Assembly (NCBI GenBank): GCA_043732305.1
Contig: JAYTHU010000161.1
Span: 1-28,049, forward strand
Direction of reading: 5' to 3'
Source: Oligoflexia bacterium
GTDB lineage: Bacteria; Bdellovibrionota; Bdellovibrionia; JABDDW01
DNA length: 28,049 nucleotides
A program made the translations under genes and the position numbers. Of the stretch, positions 1-8,814 are shown piece after piece. The stretch's first letter is position 1, and each line of letters opens with the position of its first letter. Below the pieces are notes generated by a model. That model saw nothing but the letters and a program-made list of their open reading frames with translations. It searched no databases and had not been told where the DNA came from.

Positions 1-1068
1 GAAAACCATTTGAAAGATTACAAGGGCAGTGTCATTGCGATCACGCATGATCGCTACTTTTTGGACAACATCGCTCAATGGATTTTGGAATTGGATCGTG
101 GAACGGGAATTCCTTGGAAAGGGAATTACACTTCTTGGTTAGAACAAAAATCCAAACGTCTGCAGTCAGAAGAAAAATCTGAGAGCAAACGTCAGAGAAC
201 TTTATCTCGTGAACTCGAATGGATTCAAATGAGTCCGCGCGCGCGTCAAGCGAAGAACAAAGCTCGCGTGACCGCTTATGAAAGTCTCCTAGCTGAGGAA
301 TCGCAAACTAAAGTCGAGGATGTGGAAATACAAATTCCGCCTGGGCCTCGTCTTGGAGATCAGGTGGTTGAAATCCACGGCGTTTCTAAGTCGTTTGGCG
401 ATAAAATGTTATTGGACAACACGACCTTCACCATTCCACCCGGCGCTATTGTTGGCGTGGTTGGACCTAACGGTGCGGGTAAGACAACTCTCTTTCGCAT
501 GCTCACTGGACAAGACAAGGCGGATAGCGGCGATGTGATCGTTGGTAAATCAGTAAGCTTTGGTTACGTGGATCAGGCTCGAGATGCTCTCGACGCAGAG
601 AAATCTATTTATGATGAAATTTCTGACGGTGCCGAGATGACCATGATTGGCAAACGCGAAGTTCCTTCACGCCAATATGTATCCTGGTTTAACTTCTCTG
701 GTTCCGATCAGCAGAAAAAAGTTGGCACGCTTTCGGGCGGAGAACGCAATCGCGTTCATTTAGCTAAAATGCTTAAAAAGGGAAGTAACGTTTTGTTGCT
801 CGATGAACCAACCAATGATCTAGATGTGAACACGTTGCGTGCATTAGAAGAGGCTATTTTACGTTTCTCCGGTTGCGCGATTGTCATAAGCCATGATCGC
901 TGGTTTTTAAATCGAATCGCCACTCACATTTTAGCTTTCGAAGACGACAGTCAGATTTATTTCCGCGAAGGAAATTATCAGGACTATGAGGAAGATCTCA
1001 AGAAGCGTCTGGGTGTGACCACATTGCTTCCCCATCGCGTGCGCCACAAAAAACTCCGCGGAAAATAA
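1..1068 (+). CDS. ettA: Energy-dependent translational throttle protein EttA (ABC-F ATPase), 5'-truncated by the window edge
   Basis: Frame is open from base 1. End of ABC domain 1 (AITHDRYFLDNIAQWILELDRG), EttA linker (ELEWI..SPRARQAKNKARV), second ABC domain with GPNGAGKTT, LSGGERNR and LLLDEPTNDLD. Confidence 0.95.
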   Translation, partial: ENHLKDYKGSVIAITHDRYFLDNIAQWILELDRGTGIPWKGNYTSWLEQKSKRLQSEEKSESKRQRTLSRELEWIQMSPRARQAKNKARVTAYESLLAEESQTKVEDVEIQIPPGPRLGDQVVEIHGVSKSFGDKMLLDNTTFTIPPGAIVGVVGPNGAGKTTLFRMLTGQDKADSGDVIVGKSVSFGYVDQARDALDAEKSIYDEISDGAEMTMIGKREVPSRQYVSWFNFSGSDQQKKVGTLSGGERNRVHLAKMLKKGSNVLLLDEPTNDLDVNTLRALEEAILRFSGCAIVISHDRWFLNRIATHILAFEDDSQIYFREGNYQDYEEDLKKRLGVTTLLPHRVRHKKLRGK

Positions 1069-1091
1069 TTAAATTTTAGAAACAGCGGTTC

Positions 1092-1694
1092 TCAATTGGT
1101 GCGGCCAGAAGGTTTGCCGTTATCCGTGCTGCGGCCGGTCTGACCAGATGAGACCACAAAGTCCTTTATTTTAGCTTCCATAGTGATGCCATCGGGTCTT
1201 TTGACGTAAGCCACGCTGTCTGGATTTTTACAGTCCCCAAAAACTTTTACCAATTTCCCTGTCGGGAATTTAGCTGCGTTGCTATTACTGAACTTCACAT
1301 TTTTTCCTAGGTCAGCACAATCAGAAGACCGCAGAACTTCTTTCAAATCGGCGCAAGTGAAATGATAAGAATTAACGAGAGCTTCAATGAAGCGATGGGC
1401 AGTGCAATCAATTTTAAGACCATTGGCATCCTCGGGACCGACACTAGAGCGTGAAAAATCAAAACTGCCCTGAGAAACATTGGTTATTTTGCCTCGTCCA
1501 AGAACTGCATCTTCACAGTCACCTTCGCTAGCGTGTTTCACGCCTTTGAAGTTTTTTTGTTTAGCAGCCAAAGCTTTAGAGTAAATCTCTTCGCCCAATT
1601 TTAGTTTGATATCGCAAGTTCCGTTTTCACCAGCTGCCACTTTGATAGTGATCAGCGACAGCGCCAAAATCAAAATTAAAATAGTGAATTTCAT
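1092..1694 (-). CDS. Hypothetical secreted, Cys-containing protein
   Basis: 200-aa ORF with a hydrophobic signal peptide (MKFTILILILALSLITIKVAA), a GGGAG RBS upstream and several Cys residues. No recognisable family. Confidence 0.7.
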   Translation of the reverse strand: MKFTILILILALSLITIKVAAGENGTCDIKLKLGEEIYSKALAAKQKNFKGVKHASEGDCEDAVLGRGKITNVSQGSFDFSRSSVGPEDANGLKIDCTAHRFIEALVNSYHFTCADLKEVLRSSDCADLGKNVKFSNSNAAKFPTGKLVKVFGDCKNPDSVAYVKRPDGITMEAKIKDFVVSSGQTGRSTDNGKPSGRTN

Positions 1695-1778
1695 AAGTAT
1701 TGGTTCTCCCTATGATTCTTTTTCGTCGCAGTCACAGCTTTACTTGATGCCATGAAGGGCTAGGAATGCGAGTTCCAT

Positions 1779-2327
1779 TTGGACTTCGGTCCTGTAAAGA
1801 TAATGGTCATATCGTTCGATAAGTTTTATGTGAAGACAAAGAGCGATTTTCAAGAAGTGTTAGAGCGAGTTCTAGAGAATCAAAACCCGTCCTCGCGTCT
1901 CAATAAAATCGAGGACACGGATTGGGATATTGATTTTAATTTCGGAAATGAACTGCTTAAAGTCCCAGTGTTTAAAATTGCAGGACGAAGCACCTATAAA
2001 TCTGAAATGAAGTCTATCAAAGTTGAAGTGAACGCAGAAGTTAAACAGGAATTAAAAATAGATATAATAATTGAAATTAAAATTGAGAAACCTCGAATTG
2101 AACGCAAGTTGACTCATGATCAACTGCTTTCCGTAAAAATCTTTAGCAAATTTGGTGAAGAAGAAATTAGTGCTAATTCAAATGCCGAAGAAATAAAATC
2201 TGCTTACCATCGTTTAGCCAAAAAATTTCATCCGGATGCGGCTCAAAATCTTGATCGTGTCTCTCCATCTGACCTGACTTTTAAGACTATCGCCACCGCC
2301 TACAAAAAGCTCATCGTAGGCTTCTAA
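1779..2327 (+). CDS. C-terminal J-domain (DnaJ type III) protein; true start may be ATG 1803 or GTG 1830
   Basis: EEIKSAYHRLAKKFHPD...FKTIATAYKKL is a J-domain with an intact HPD motif at the C-terminus. Confidence 0.8.
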   Translation: MDFGPVKIMVISFDKFYVKTKSDFQEVLERVLENQNPSSRLNKIEDTDWDIDFNFGNELLKVPVFKIAGRSTYKSEMKSIKVEVNAEVKQELKIDIIIEIKIEKPRIERKLTHDQLLSVKIFSKFGEEEISANSNAEEIKSAYHRLAKKFHPDAAQNLDRVSPSDLTFKTIATAYKKLIVGF

Positions 2328-2383
2328 AGGCAAAAACTGTCACCGATCTTTCGTCTTTACAATAGGTTAGCCCCCGTTTACCT

Positions 2384-2399
2384 TGGCTTGGGGTATGCA
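2384..2399 (+). promoter_or_regulatory. Candidate sigma54 (-24/-12) promoter
   Basis: TGGCTTGGGGTATGCA has GG-N10-GC spacing and lies about 40 nt upstream of the 2442 ORF. Confidence 0.45.
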
Positions 2400-2441
2400 T
2401 ATATTTATTTCTAACTGGTCCATAAACTGGAGTCTCAAACT

Positions 2442-3221
2442 TTGACCGTTATACGCTTGTTCAAAAATCTATCGCCATCTTTGGCACTGACATTGACCAT
2501 CATTGTGATCACTGGCAGTTCAATATCTAAAGCGGAAACTGTTTGCGTCAGTTTGACGCGAAGACTCGCTGTGCTCACCCAATATGGCAATGATGTTTAT
2601 CAGCCTGAATTGCCCCAACTTAAATCTGGAATGACCGCAAAAGAAATTAGGCAAGAAAATGTGCGCGCCAGTTATGGCAATCGCTACGTGGTTTTTTTGC
2701 GAGATGGAAGAGAAACAGTCTACATGACGGATAGCTTGATTCCTTCATCCAAAGGTATTGAAAGATTCAATCTTGATAGTATTGTTCCCTCAACAGGGGA
2801 AACTGCTCATATTGCCGCTGAGATCAAAGACAAATACCGTCTTTTTTGGAAGGTGTTCAGAGTCTTACAAAAAGGAATGTGGTCTTACCGTCCAACTTCT
2901 TTAATTGTTCGTCGAGGACATGCGAGCATTATAATACAGAGAGAAGATTTGACGGACAAGCGCGGGTTGAGATTTCAAACTTTGCAAATGCATGTTCGTT
3001 ATGATTCAACCAAGGGTGCTGAGACTGCAAATCAATCTTTGGAATCAATGAAGGTGTTAGAGGAAAATATCGCAAAAGCTCAGCAGGCTATAAAAGCGGA
3101 TCGAGATCACGACTTCAAAGCTTACATCACCAAAAATGATGCTTTTAATATTACGATTAGTATTTCTGATCGCAATTTTAATAACGACAACGAATTTTTT
3201 GTGGATGCATTGGGTATTTAG
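2442..3221 (+). CDS. Hypothetical exported protein
   Basis: 259-aa ORF with a GGAG RBS before the TTG start and an N-terminal hydrophobic stretch ending in SKA-ETVC. No recognisable family. Confidence 0.65.
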   Translation: MTVIRLFKNLSPSLALTLTIIVITGSSISKAETVCVSLTRRLAVLTQYGNDVYQPELPQLKSGMTAKEIRQENVRASYGNRYVVFLRDGRETVYMTDSLIPSSKGIERFNLDSIVPSTGETAHIAAEIKDKYRLFWKVFRVLQKGMWSYRPTSLIVRRGHASIIIQREDLTDKRGLRFQTLQMHVRYDSTKGAETANQSLESMKVLEENIAKAQQAIKADRDHDFKAYITKNDAFNITISISDRNFNNDNEFFVDALGI

Positions 3222-4159
3222 ATTTTAGACTCTGCTTTCAAACCGATGGCATCACCTAAGTGCACGTATGTTTCTATACCGCGCCTGGTATGTTCAAGAA
3301 TATCTCTTGAAGGGGTCCATCGGCCTTTTTCGCCAAAAACAATGACCGTCGAACCTCCAAATAGAAAATAGCCTTTTTCATCACCACGTTTGAAATTTTT
3401 AGCGGTATGACTTTGCACAATTTTTCCAACGGCTAATGCTCCAATTTCTACATAAGCAAGCAATCCAAAATGTTCCGTTTGTAAGATGCTGACTTGACGC
3501 TCATTTGTGAAAAAAATGTCGGCTTTTGCCTTGAGGGCGGTTGGGTTGACAGAGTGAAGTTTGCCCCCAAGTTTAACTTGTTGGAGAGTCTCGCCACTGT
3601 CTGGAAAGTGAAAGCGGTGGTAATCCACTGGGCAAAGCCTGGCAATTAAAGCCGGGCTGTCGGCAAACTTAGAAATTAATTTTGCGTCCACTGAATGTGC
3701 ATTAGAGCTCAAGATTTTCTGTGGGTTCAAGTGGGCGCCTTTCACCGGGAAACTTGTGCTGTCTGACACGGAAGCAAAACCCAAGTACCGTGCTTCTGCA
3801 AAGGCAGACATATCGTTTGGCGAATTTGAAAACGGTCTTTGGCCTGTTTTAAATTTTCGAATGAAGAAGTCATTGAAGCTGGCAAACGGTCCGGACTCAT
3901 ATTGAGCCATCGGAATTTGGAATTCTTTCACAAATCCGTCTATTTTATGATGACTTAAAGTTGAACTTTGAAGCGCTCCATAGAATCGACTGAAGGTGTG
4001 GGAGGAGAAGATTTTGTCTACCAAGAATGGCAAAAACGGCGATGCCGGCTGCGCGGAACCATCAGGATTGCCGTAGGCGGCCTCAACGAAGTTGCCCCCG
4101 TAGACTTTCTCTGTCTCGATTTGACCGGTATAGCGGTTAAAGAAGGAAATGGCTCCCAT
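3218..4159 (-). CDS. psd: Phosphatidylserine decarboxylase proenzyme (PSD-B type)
   Basis: SFNDFFIRK, RLCPVDYHRFHFP and NERQ motifs, plus the GYFLFGGST autocleavage/pyruvoyl motif. Confidence 0.92.
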   Translation of the reverse strand: MGAISFFNRYTGQIETEKVYGGNFVEAAYGNPDGSAQPASPFLPFLVDKIFSSHTFSRFYGALQSSTLSHHKIDGFVKEFQIPMAQYESGPFASFNDFFIRKFKTGQRPFSNSPNDMSAFAEARYLGFASVSDSTSFPVKGAHLNPQKILSSNAHSVDAKLISKFADSPALIARLCPVDYHRFHFPDSGETLQQVKLGGKLHSVNPTALKAKADIFFTNERQVSILQTEHFGLLAYVEIGALAVGKIVQSHTAKNFKRGDEKGYFLFGGSTVIVFGEKGRWTPSRDILEHTRRGIETYVHLGDAIGLKAESKI

Positions 4160-4282
4160 TCGGCACCTGGCTTGCCGGCTTCGCCGGCGTCAATAGAGAA
4201 AAAGGTTGAGGAAAAGCCCAGCATACTATATTTTTCCAGGGACTCGTAAATTTTATTATAGCTACTTGCAAGGAGTGACTCA

Positions 4283-6391
4283 GTGAGCGTTAGCGTTGGC
4301 ATGGACAAAGTTAGAAATATTGGTATTTCCGCACATATCGATTCGGGAAAAACCACACTTTCAGAACGTATTCTTTTCTACACCGGAAAAATTCATAAAA
4401 TTGAAGAAGTAAAAGGCAAATCCGGCGTCGGAGCAAAAATGGATTCCATGGATTTGGAACGTGAGAAAGGTATCACGATTCAATCTGCGGCCACATTCTG
4501 TATGTGGGGTGATTACAATATCAATCTCATCGACACTCCCGGGCACGTTGATTTTACGATCGAAGTTGAAAGAGCTTTGCGCGTTCTTGATGGAGCGGTT
4601 CTTGTTCTTTGCTCAGTCTCTGGTGTTCAATCACAATCGATCACTGTCGACAGACAAATGAAACGTTACAACGTTCCTCGTATTGCATTCATCAACAAGA
4701 TGGATCGAGCGGGCGCGAATCCTTTTCGTGTCATTCAACAATTGCGTGAAAAATTAGGACACAATGCTCATGCGATCACCATGCCTATTGGCGCGGAATC
4801 TGAATTTGCGGGCATCGTCGATTTAGTCGAAATGAAATCTTATTATTATGATGGTGAGCACGGTGAAGATATTCGCACCGAAGCGGTTCCTGCTGACATG
4901 GTCGACGAAGCAAAAAAACTTCGCGATGATCTCGTTGCTGCCGTTGCCGACTTCGATGATGTTGTTGCAGAAAAATATCTGAATGGTGAAGAAGTCAGTG
5001 CTGCCGAAATGAAACCTGCGATCAGAAAAGCTACTTTATCTCTGAAGTTTACACCCGTCATGATGGGTTCTGCTTACAAGAACAAAGGCGTGCAAACTCT
5101 TTTGAATGCAGTCATTGATTATTTGCCAAACCCCATGGACGTTCTCAATGAAGCCCATGATCAAAGCAACAAAGAAGAAAAAGTTATTTTGAAATCAGAG
5201 CGCGATTTGCCTTTGGTTCTCTTGGCGTTCAAACTTGAAGACGGTCGTTACGGTCAATTGACTTACGCGCGAATTTATCAAGGAACTATTAAAAAAGGTG
5301 ACACGATCTACAATATCTCTCGAGATGGGAAGAAAGTAAAAGTTCCGCGTTTGGTTCGAATGCACTCAGACGAAATGAATGACATCGAAGAATCTGGTGC
5401 CGGCGATATCGTGGCGATGTTCGGAGTTGAATGTTCATCCGGAGATACTTTCTGTGATGACAAAGTAAACTACACTATGACTTCCATGTTTATTCCTGCC
5501 GCAGTTATTTCTTTGGCGGTTGCGCCTAAAGATAAAGCCGGATCAGCAAACTTTTCTAAAGCGCTCAACCGTTTTACAAAAGAAGATCCTACTCTGCGCG
5601 TGCATCGTGATGAAGAGTCAGCTCAGACAATTATGTCTGGTATGGGCGAATTGCATTTGGAAATTTACATCTTACGCATCGAACGTGAGTACGCTTGTGA
5701 AGTTGTGACGGGTAAACCTCAAGTTGCTTTCCGTGAAACCATCACACAAAAAGCATCTTACAATTACACACACAAAAAACAAACGGGCGGTTCCGGTCAG
5801 TTCGCGAAAGTCGCTGGTTATATTGAGCCACTTCCTGCTGACGCTGTTGAAACTTTCGAATTTGTGGATGAAATTAAAGGGGGATCTATTCCTCGTGAAT
5901 TTATCTCAGCTTGTGACAAGGGTTTCAAAGACCAAGTCAAAGTTGGAACTCTCATTGGTCACCCCATCGTGGGCGTTCGAGTTGTTCTTAACGACGGTTC
6001 GTATCATGATGTCGATTCAAGCGAAATGGCGTTTAAGATTTGTTCTATGGCGGCTTTCCGCGAATGTTATCCGGAAGCTAAGCCTGTGGTCCTTGAGCCC
6101 ATCATGAAACTTCAAGTGCAAGCACCTGAAGAATTTCAAGGTGGTGTTATGGGTACCGTCAATCAACGTCGTGGTGTCATTGTTGGAACTGCCAACAACG
6201 AAGGCTATGTTGTTATTGATGCCGAAGTTCCTCTCTCTGAAATGTTCGGTTACTCAACCGTTCTCAGATCTGGAACTCAAGGTAAAGGCGAATTCACGAT
6301 GGAGTTCATGAAGTACGCGGCTGTTCCCAGAAACGTACAAGAAGAAATGGTGAAAGCTTACCAGGCGAAACGCGCCGCTGAAAACAAGTAA
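4283..6391 (+). CDS. fusA: Elongation factor G (spdEFG1/mtEFG1-like type)
   Basis: [47 protein letters not shown] and [11 protein letters not shown] motifs. AGGAG RBS 7 nt before GTG 4283. Confidence 0.97.
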   Translation: MSVSVGMDKVRNIGISAHIDSGKTTLSERILFYTGKIHKIEEVKGKSGVGAKMDSMDLEREKGITIQSAATFCMWGDYNINLIDTPGHVDFTIEVERALRVLDGAVLVLCSVSGVQSQSITVDRQMKRYNVPRIAFINKMDRAGANPFRVIQQLREKLGHNAHAITMPIGAESEFAGIVDLVEMKSYYYDGEHGEDIRTEAVPADMVDEAKKLRDDLVAAVADFDDVVAEKYLNGEEVSAAEMKPAIRKATLSLKFTPVMMGSAYKNKGVQTLLNAVIDYLPNPMDVLNEAHDQSNKEEKVILKSERDLPLVLLAFKLEDGRYGQLTYARIYQGTIKKGDTIYNISRDGKKVKVPRLVRMHSDEMNDIEESGAGDIVAMFGVECSSGDTFCDDKVNYTMTSMFIPAAVISLAVAPKDKAGSANFSKALNRFTKEDPTLRVHRDEESAQTIMSGMGELHLEIYILRIEREYACEVVTGKPQVAFRETITQKASYNYTHKKQTGGSGQFAKVAGYIEPLPADAVETFEFVDEIKGGSIPREFISACDKGFKDQVKVGTLIGHPIVGVRVVLNDGSYHDVDSSEMAFKICSMAAFRECYPEAKPVVLEPIMKLQVQAPEEFQGGVMGTVNQRRGVIVGTANNEGYVVIDAEVPLSEMFGYSTVLRSGTQGKGEFTMEFMKYAAVPRNVQEEMVKAYQAKRAAENK

Positions 6392-6423
6392 GCCGCTTAG
6401 TGTTATCAATAAGAATATGGTTT

Positions 6424-6458
6424 AAATACCGGCGAGTCTAACTCGCCGGTATTTTTTT
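6424..6458 (+). terminator. Rho-independent terminator of fusA
   Basis: Perfect stem AAATACCGGCGAGT-cta-ACTCGCCGGTATTT running into a T7 tract. It lies between convergent genes and may be bidirectional. Confidence 0.9.
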
Positions 6459-6467
6459 GGAGAAATC

Positions 6468-7763
6468 CTAATGCTTGGATATGGCACCGCTCTTTATTTG
6501 CAGCGACGTCAACGCAGCTACATATTTGACGAGATCTTTTCTCCAGTAACCCCTGTGACCAACGGTTTTTTCTACGTCTTTAAAGAAAGCGCTTTGATAA
6601 AGCGGAGCATATGGGCGGCTCATGTCCTTGATTTGGTAATTGTCCAGAGCGAGGAGCATGAGCTCTGTGAATCGCGATATGGAATAGGATTCAGGAATCA
6701 CGGCCCGCCCAAGACTGGAATAGAGTTTCACGTCCGTTCTAAAAGCACTCTCTAGAAAATCAAGCACGATGTCCCTGGTCTGGTCATCTTTAATACTATC
6801 GGCCCAAGAGGCCAAGCTTTCCCAATCTGCTTTTGCTTCGGGAGACATTTGATTGGAGTAAGCTGTATTTTGCTTCAGTTCTTGTTCTGCCAGAGCTAAG
6901 TTTCTTTTGAAAAGAGAGATCGGCGAACGCTGAATGGATTGTGTTTGCGGATAGTTTTCAAGCTTGTCCGTGACCAATAAATAAGCTCCTCGGTGAGCCA
7001 AAAGTCGAAGGCGATCCGCCCGAGTGGGAACACGGTAGACCACCAGAAAAAAGCCATCAGTGTAACTTAAAGTTTTCTTGATCTCTTCGGCAAAAGCCTG
7101 CGCGGGAAGTTTTTCTTCCCAGGTGTGCAAGAGATTAAGCGGAGAGTCTTTCTGCAAAGTTTTTGCAGAATCAAAAAGTGATTTTACCAACAGGTATTGG
7201 CGATTCAATTCTAAAAAACTCATATAGGAGACATTGTTGTTTTTTTCTACTTTCTCCAAGTGAGTGAGTACGGTTGACAATTTGGTGGCTACGAGTTTTT
7301 TCGCTTCTACATTTGTGATGACGGAAGTATCAAGTTCATCGAGACGGATACGCACCATTTTTAGGACTCGCCCGTACTTCTCAAAAACGTCGAACTCCAA
7401 AGGCTTTTTTTCTGAAGTTTGAGTGGGATCCAGACTCAACTGTTCCAATAGACTCAAAGCTTCTCCAGGGTCATGACTGATAAATTCGTATGTGAATTCA
7501 TTAAATAAACTCATCGAGTGTGAAGACTGGCCGCGACTGAGGGACAAAGTAATGTCCACACAACGGAACTTTGAGTTGTCTAAATCTACGGGAGTTTCAC
7601 CGCCGTTCGGCGCGGCCCCTCCATTGCTGCTTATGAGATTCAGTGCGACCACTAAAACGGTGGCATTCAGCGAAGGCCGCAGTTTGTCTGACAGGTGTCT
7701 GGTTGTTAGACAAATGAATGCTTTGAATCCAATAGGATGTTTAATACTGAGTTTGTTTTTCAT
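6468..7763 (-). CDS. Hypothetical, largely helical protein, probably exported
   Basis: Long ORF with a hydrophobic stretch (ATVLVVALNLI). The listed TTG at 7781 falls inside a sigma54 motif, so ATG 7763 or a later start is preferred. Confidence 0.65.
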   Translation of the reverse strand: MKNKLSIKHPIGFKAFICLTTRHLSDKLRPSLNATVLVVALNLISSNGGAAPNGGETPVDLDNSKFRCVDITLSLSRGQSSHSMSLFNEFTYEFISHDPGEALSLLEQLSLDPTQTSEKKPLEFDVFEKYGRVLKMVRIRLDELDTSVITNVEAKKLVATKLSTVLTHLEKVEKNNNVSYMSFLELNRQYLLVKSLFDSAKTLQKDSPLNLLHTWEEKLPAQAFAEEIKKTLSYTDGFFLVVYRVPTRADRLRLLAHRGAYLLVTDKLENYPQTQSIQRSPISLFKRNLALAEQELKQNTAYSNQMSPEAKADWESLASWADSIKDDQTRDIVLDFLESAFRTDVKLYSSLGRAVIPESYSISRFTELMLLALDNYQIKDMSRPYAPLYQSAFFKDVEKTVGHRGYWRKDLVKYVAALTSLQIKSGAISKH

Positions 7764-7776
7764 ACAAATGTGAAAT

Positions 7777-7792
7777 TGCAACCGCCGTGCCT
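7777..7792 (-). promoter_or_regulatory. Sigma54 (-24/-12) promoter
   Basis: Minus strand reads AGGCAC-GGCGG-TTGCA, nearly the consensus TGGCAC-N5-TTGCA, immediately upstream of the 6468-7763 ORF. Confidence 0.7.
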
Positions 7793-7805
7793 GAGGTACG
7801 GAAAA

Positions 7806-7834
7806 GTGGAAAAGGTACGCCGTACCTTTTCCGC
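7806..7834. repeat. Intergenic palindrome (REP-like element or operator)
   Basis: GGAAAAGGTACG-C-CGTACCTTTTCC is a perfect 12-bp inverted repeat with a 1-nt centre. A permuted partial copy, AGGTACGGAAAAG, lies at 7794-7806. Confidence 0.6.
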
Positions 7835-7898
7835 AAATCTAGATAGAAGCGTTTTCGGCGGAAAATTTCTTACCAAGAATTCTGCCTAACGGCGCGTC

Positions 7899-8663
7899 TC
7901 ATTGAATCCACGCTTTAAGTGCTTCCCGGTAATATTGAGAAACTTGGGGTTCATTTATCTTGGAATCCAAAATTTTGATGCGATCAAAAACTTTTTCTGA
8001 AAACTCAGTGCTGATTTTCACATGATTTAAGAATGATGTTTTAATCGCGCCCGCAACGGACGAGTCATTGGGCTCCACTTCTCGAAATAACATTCGCATT
8101 CGGTAGGCAGCCTCGGCAATTTGGTCGATGGCGTAAATCTCATTTTCACTCACCATGGCTCGGTGAGCTTCATAAAAATTTTGTTTAGCCGATAAAATAA
8201 AATTATTGATAATGTTGCGACTCATTTGTGAATTTAGACTGTAATTTTCTTGAGTGCGTGCCCAAAGTTGATCTAACTCCTTATTTGAATTCACTGTCTG
8301 CAACCCACCATATTTTTTTATAATAAACGAAAATTTACGAACTGTAGAATTGAGTGGTTCACGAATGGGTGCGCTGAATTCATAAAATCCTAAACCAGAA
8401 AGAACGCCAATAAAGCCAGTTAGAAATTCCGTATGCGCCGGCAAGAGAGATGTGAGATATGACCCTACCGCCGCACTTCCAACCATGGTTCCCACTAAAA
8501 TAGAATAGCCTCTTAATTTTCTTCCCTTGGAGATCACGTCATTTTCCTTAGGGGGGGCGATTTCTTCGAATGCACTTTTGCACTGAGCTGGATTGGATTC
8601 CAAATGAGCAAATGAAAAGGGTGAGAATAAGAACATAAACACCAATAGAAAAACAGGTCTCAT
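7899..8663 (-). CDS. Hypothetical protein with signal peptide and a Gly-rich hydrophobic hairpin
   Basis: Signal peptide ending FSFA, two hydrophobic Gly-rich segments (ILVGTMVGSAAVGSYL; FLTGFIGVLSGLGF), GGAGG RBS. Confidence 0.75.
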   Translation of the reverse strand: MRPVFLLVFMFLFSPFSFAHLESNPAQCKSAFEEIAPPKENDVISKGRKLRGYSILVGTMVGSAAVGSYLTSLLPAHTEFLTGFIGVLSGLGFYEFSAPIREPLNSTVRKFSFIIKKYGGLQTVNSNKELDQLWARTQENYSLNSQMSRNIINNFILSAKQNFYEAHRAMVSENEIYAIDQIAEAAYRMRMLFREVEPNDSSVAGAIKTSFLNHVKISTEFSEKVFDRIKILDSKINEPQVSQYYREALKAWIQ

Positions 8664-8757
8664 AAGATCCTCCGCGGGATAAACTTGAGAGACGCGAGAG
8701 CGCTTTGCAAGTTCGATTGCGGAAATAGACCGGACTTATGAGTAATCTCAATCACCG

Positions 8758-8805
8758 TGGCGCGACCGCGCAGGATTCAAACCTGCTTCCTTTTCCGTGC
8801 GGCCA
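8758..8805 (-). other. tRNA 3'-end-like structure (T-arm, acceptor-like stem, CCA)
   Basis: Minus strand reads TGGCCGC acggaaaaggaa GCAGG-TTTGAAT-CCTGC GCGGTCG CGCCA. No D-arm or anticodon arm is present. Confidence 0.45.
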
Positions 8806-8814
8806 AACTACCTT

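Noticed and set aside
3968..4356. ORFs 3968..4249 (+) and 4018..4356 (-)
   Set aside because: They overlap psd and fusA in other frames and show no protein-like motifs; shadow ORFs.
7798..8798. 9-bp inverted repeat (ACGGAAAAG / CTTTTCCGT) flanking the 7899-8663 gene as MITE or IS ends
   Set aside because: Too short, with no target-site duplication or transposase; could be chance.
8758..8805. Complete tRNA gene
   Set aside because: No D-arm or anticodon arm, and the T-loop is TTTGAAT; kept only as a tRNA-like fragment.
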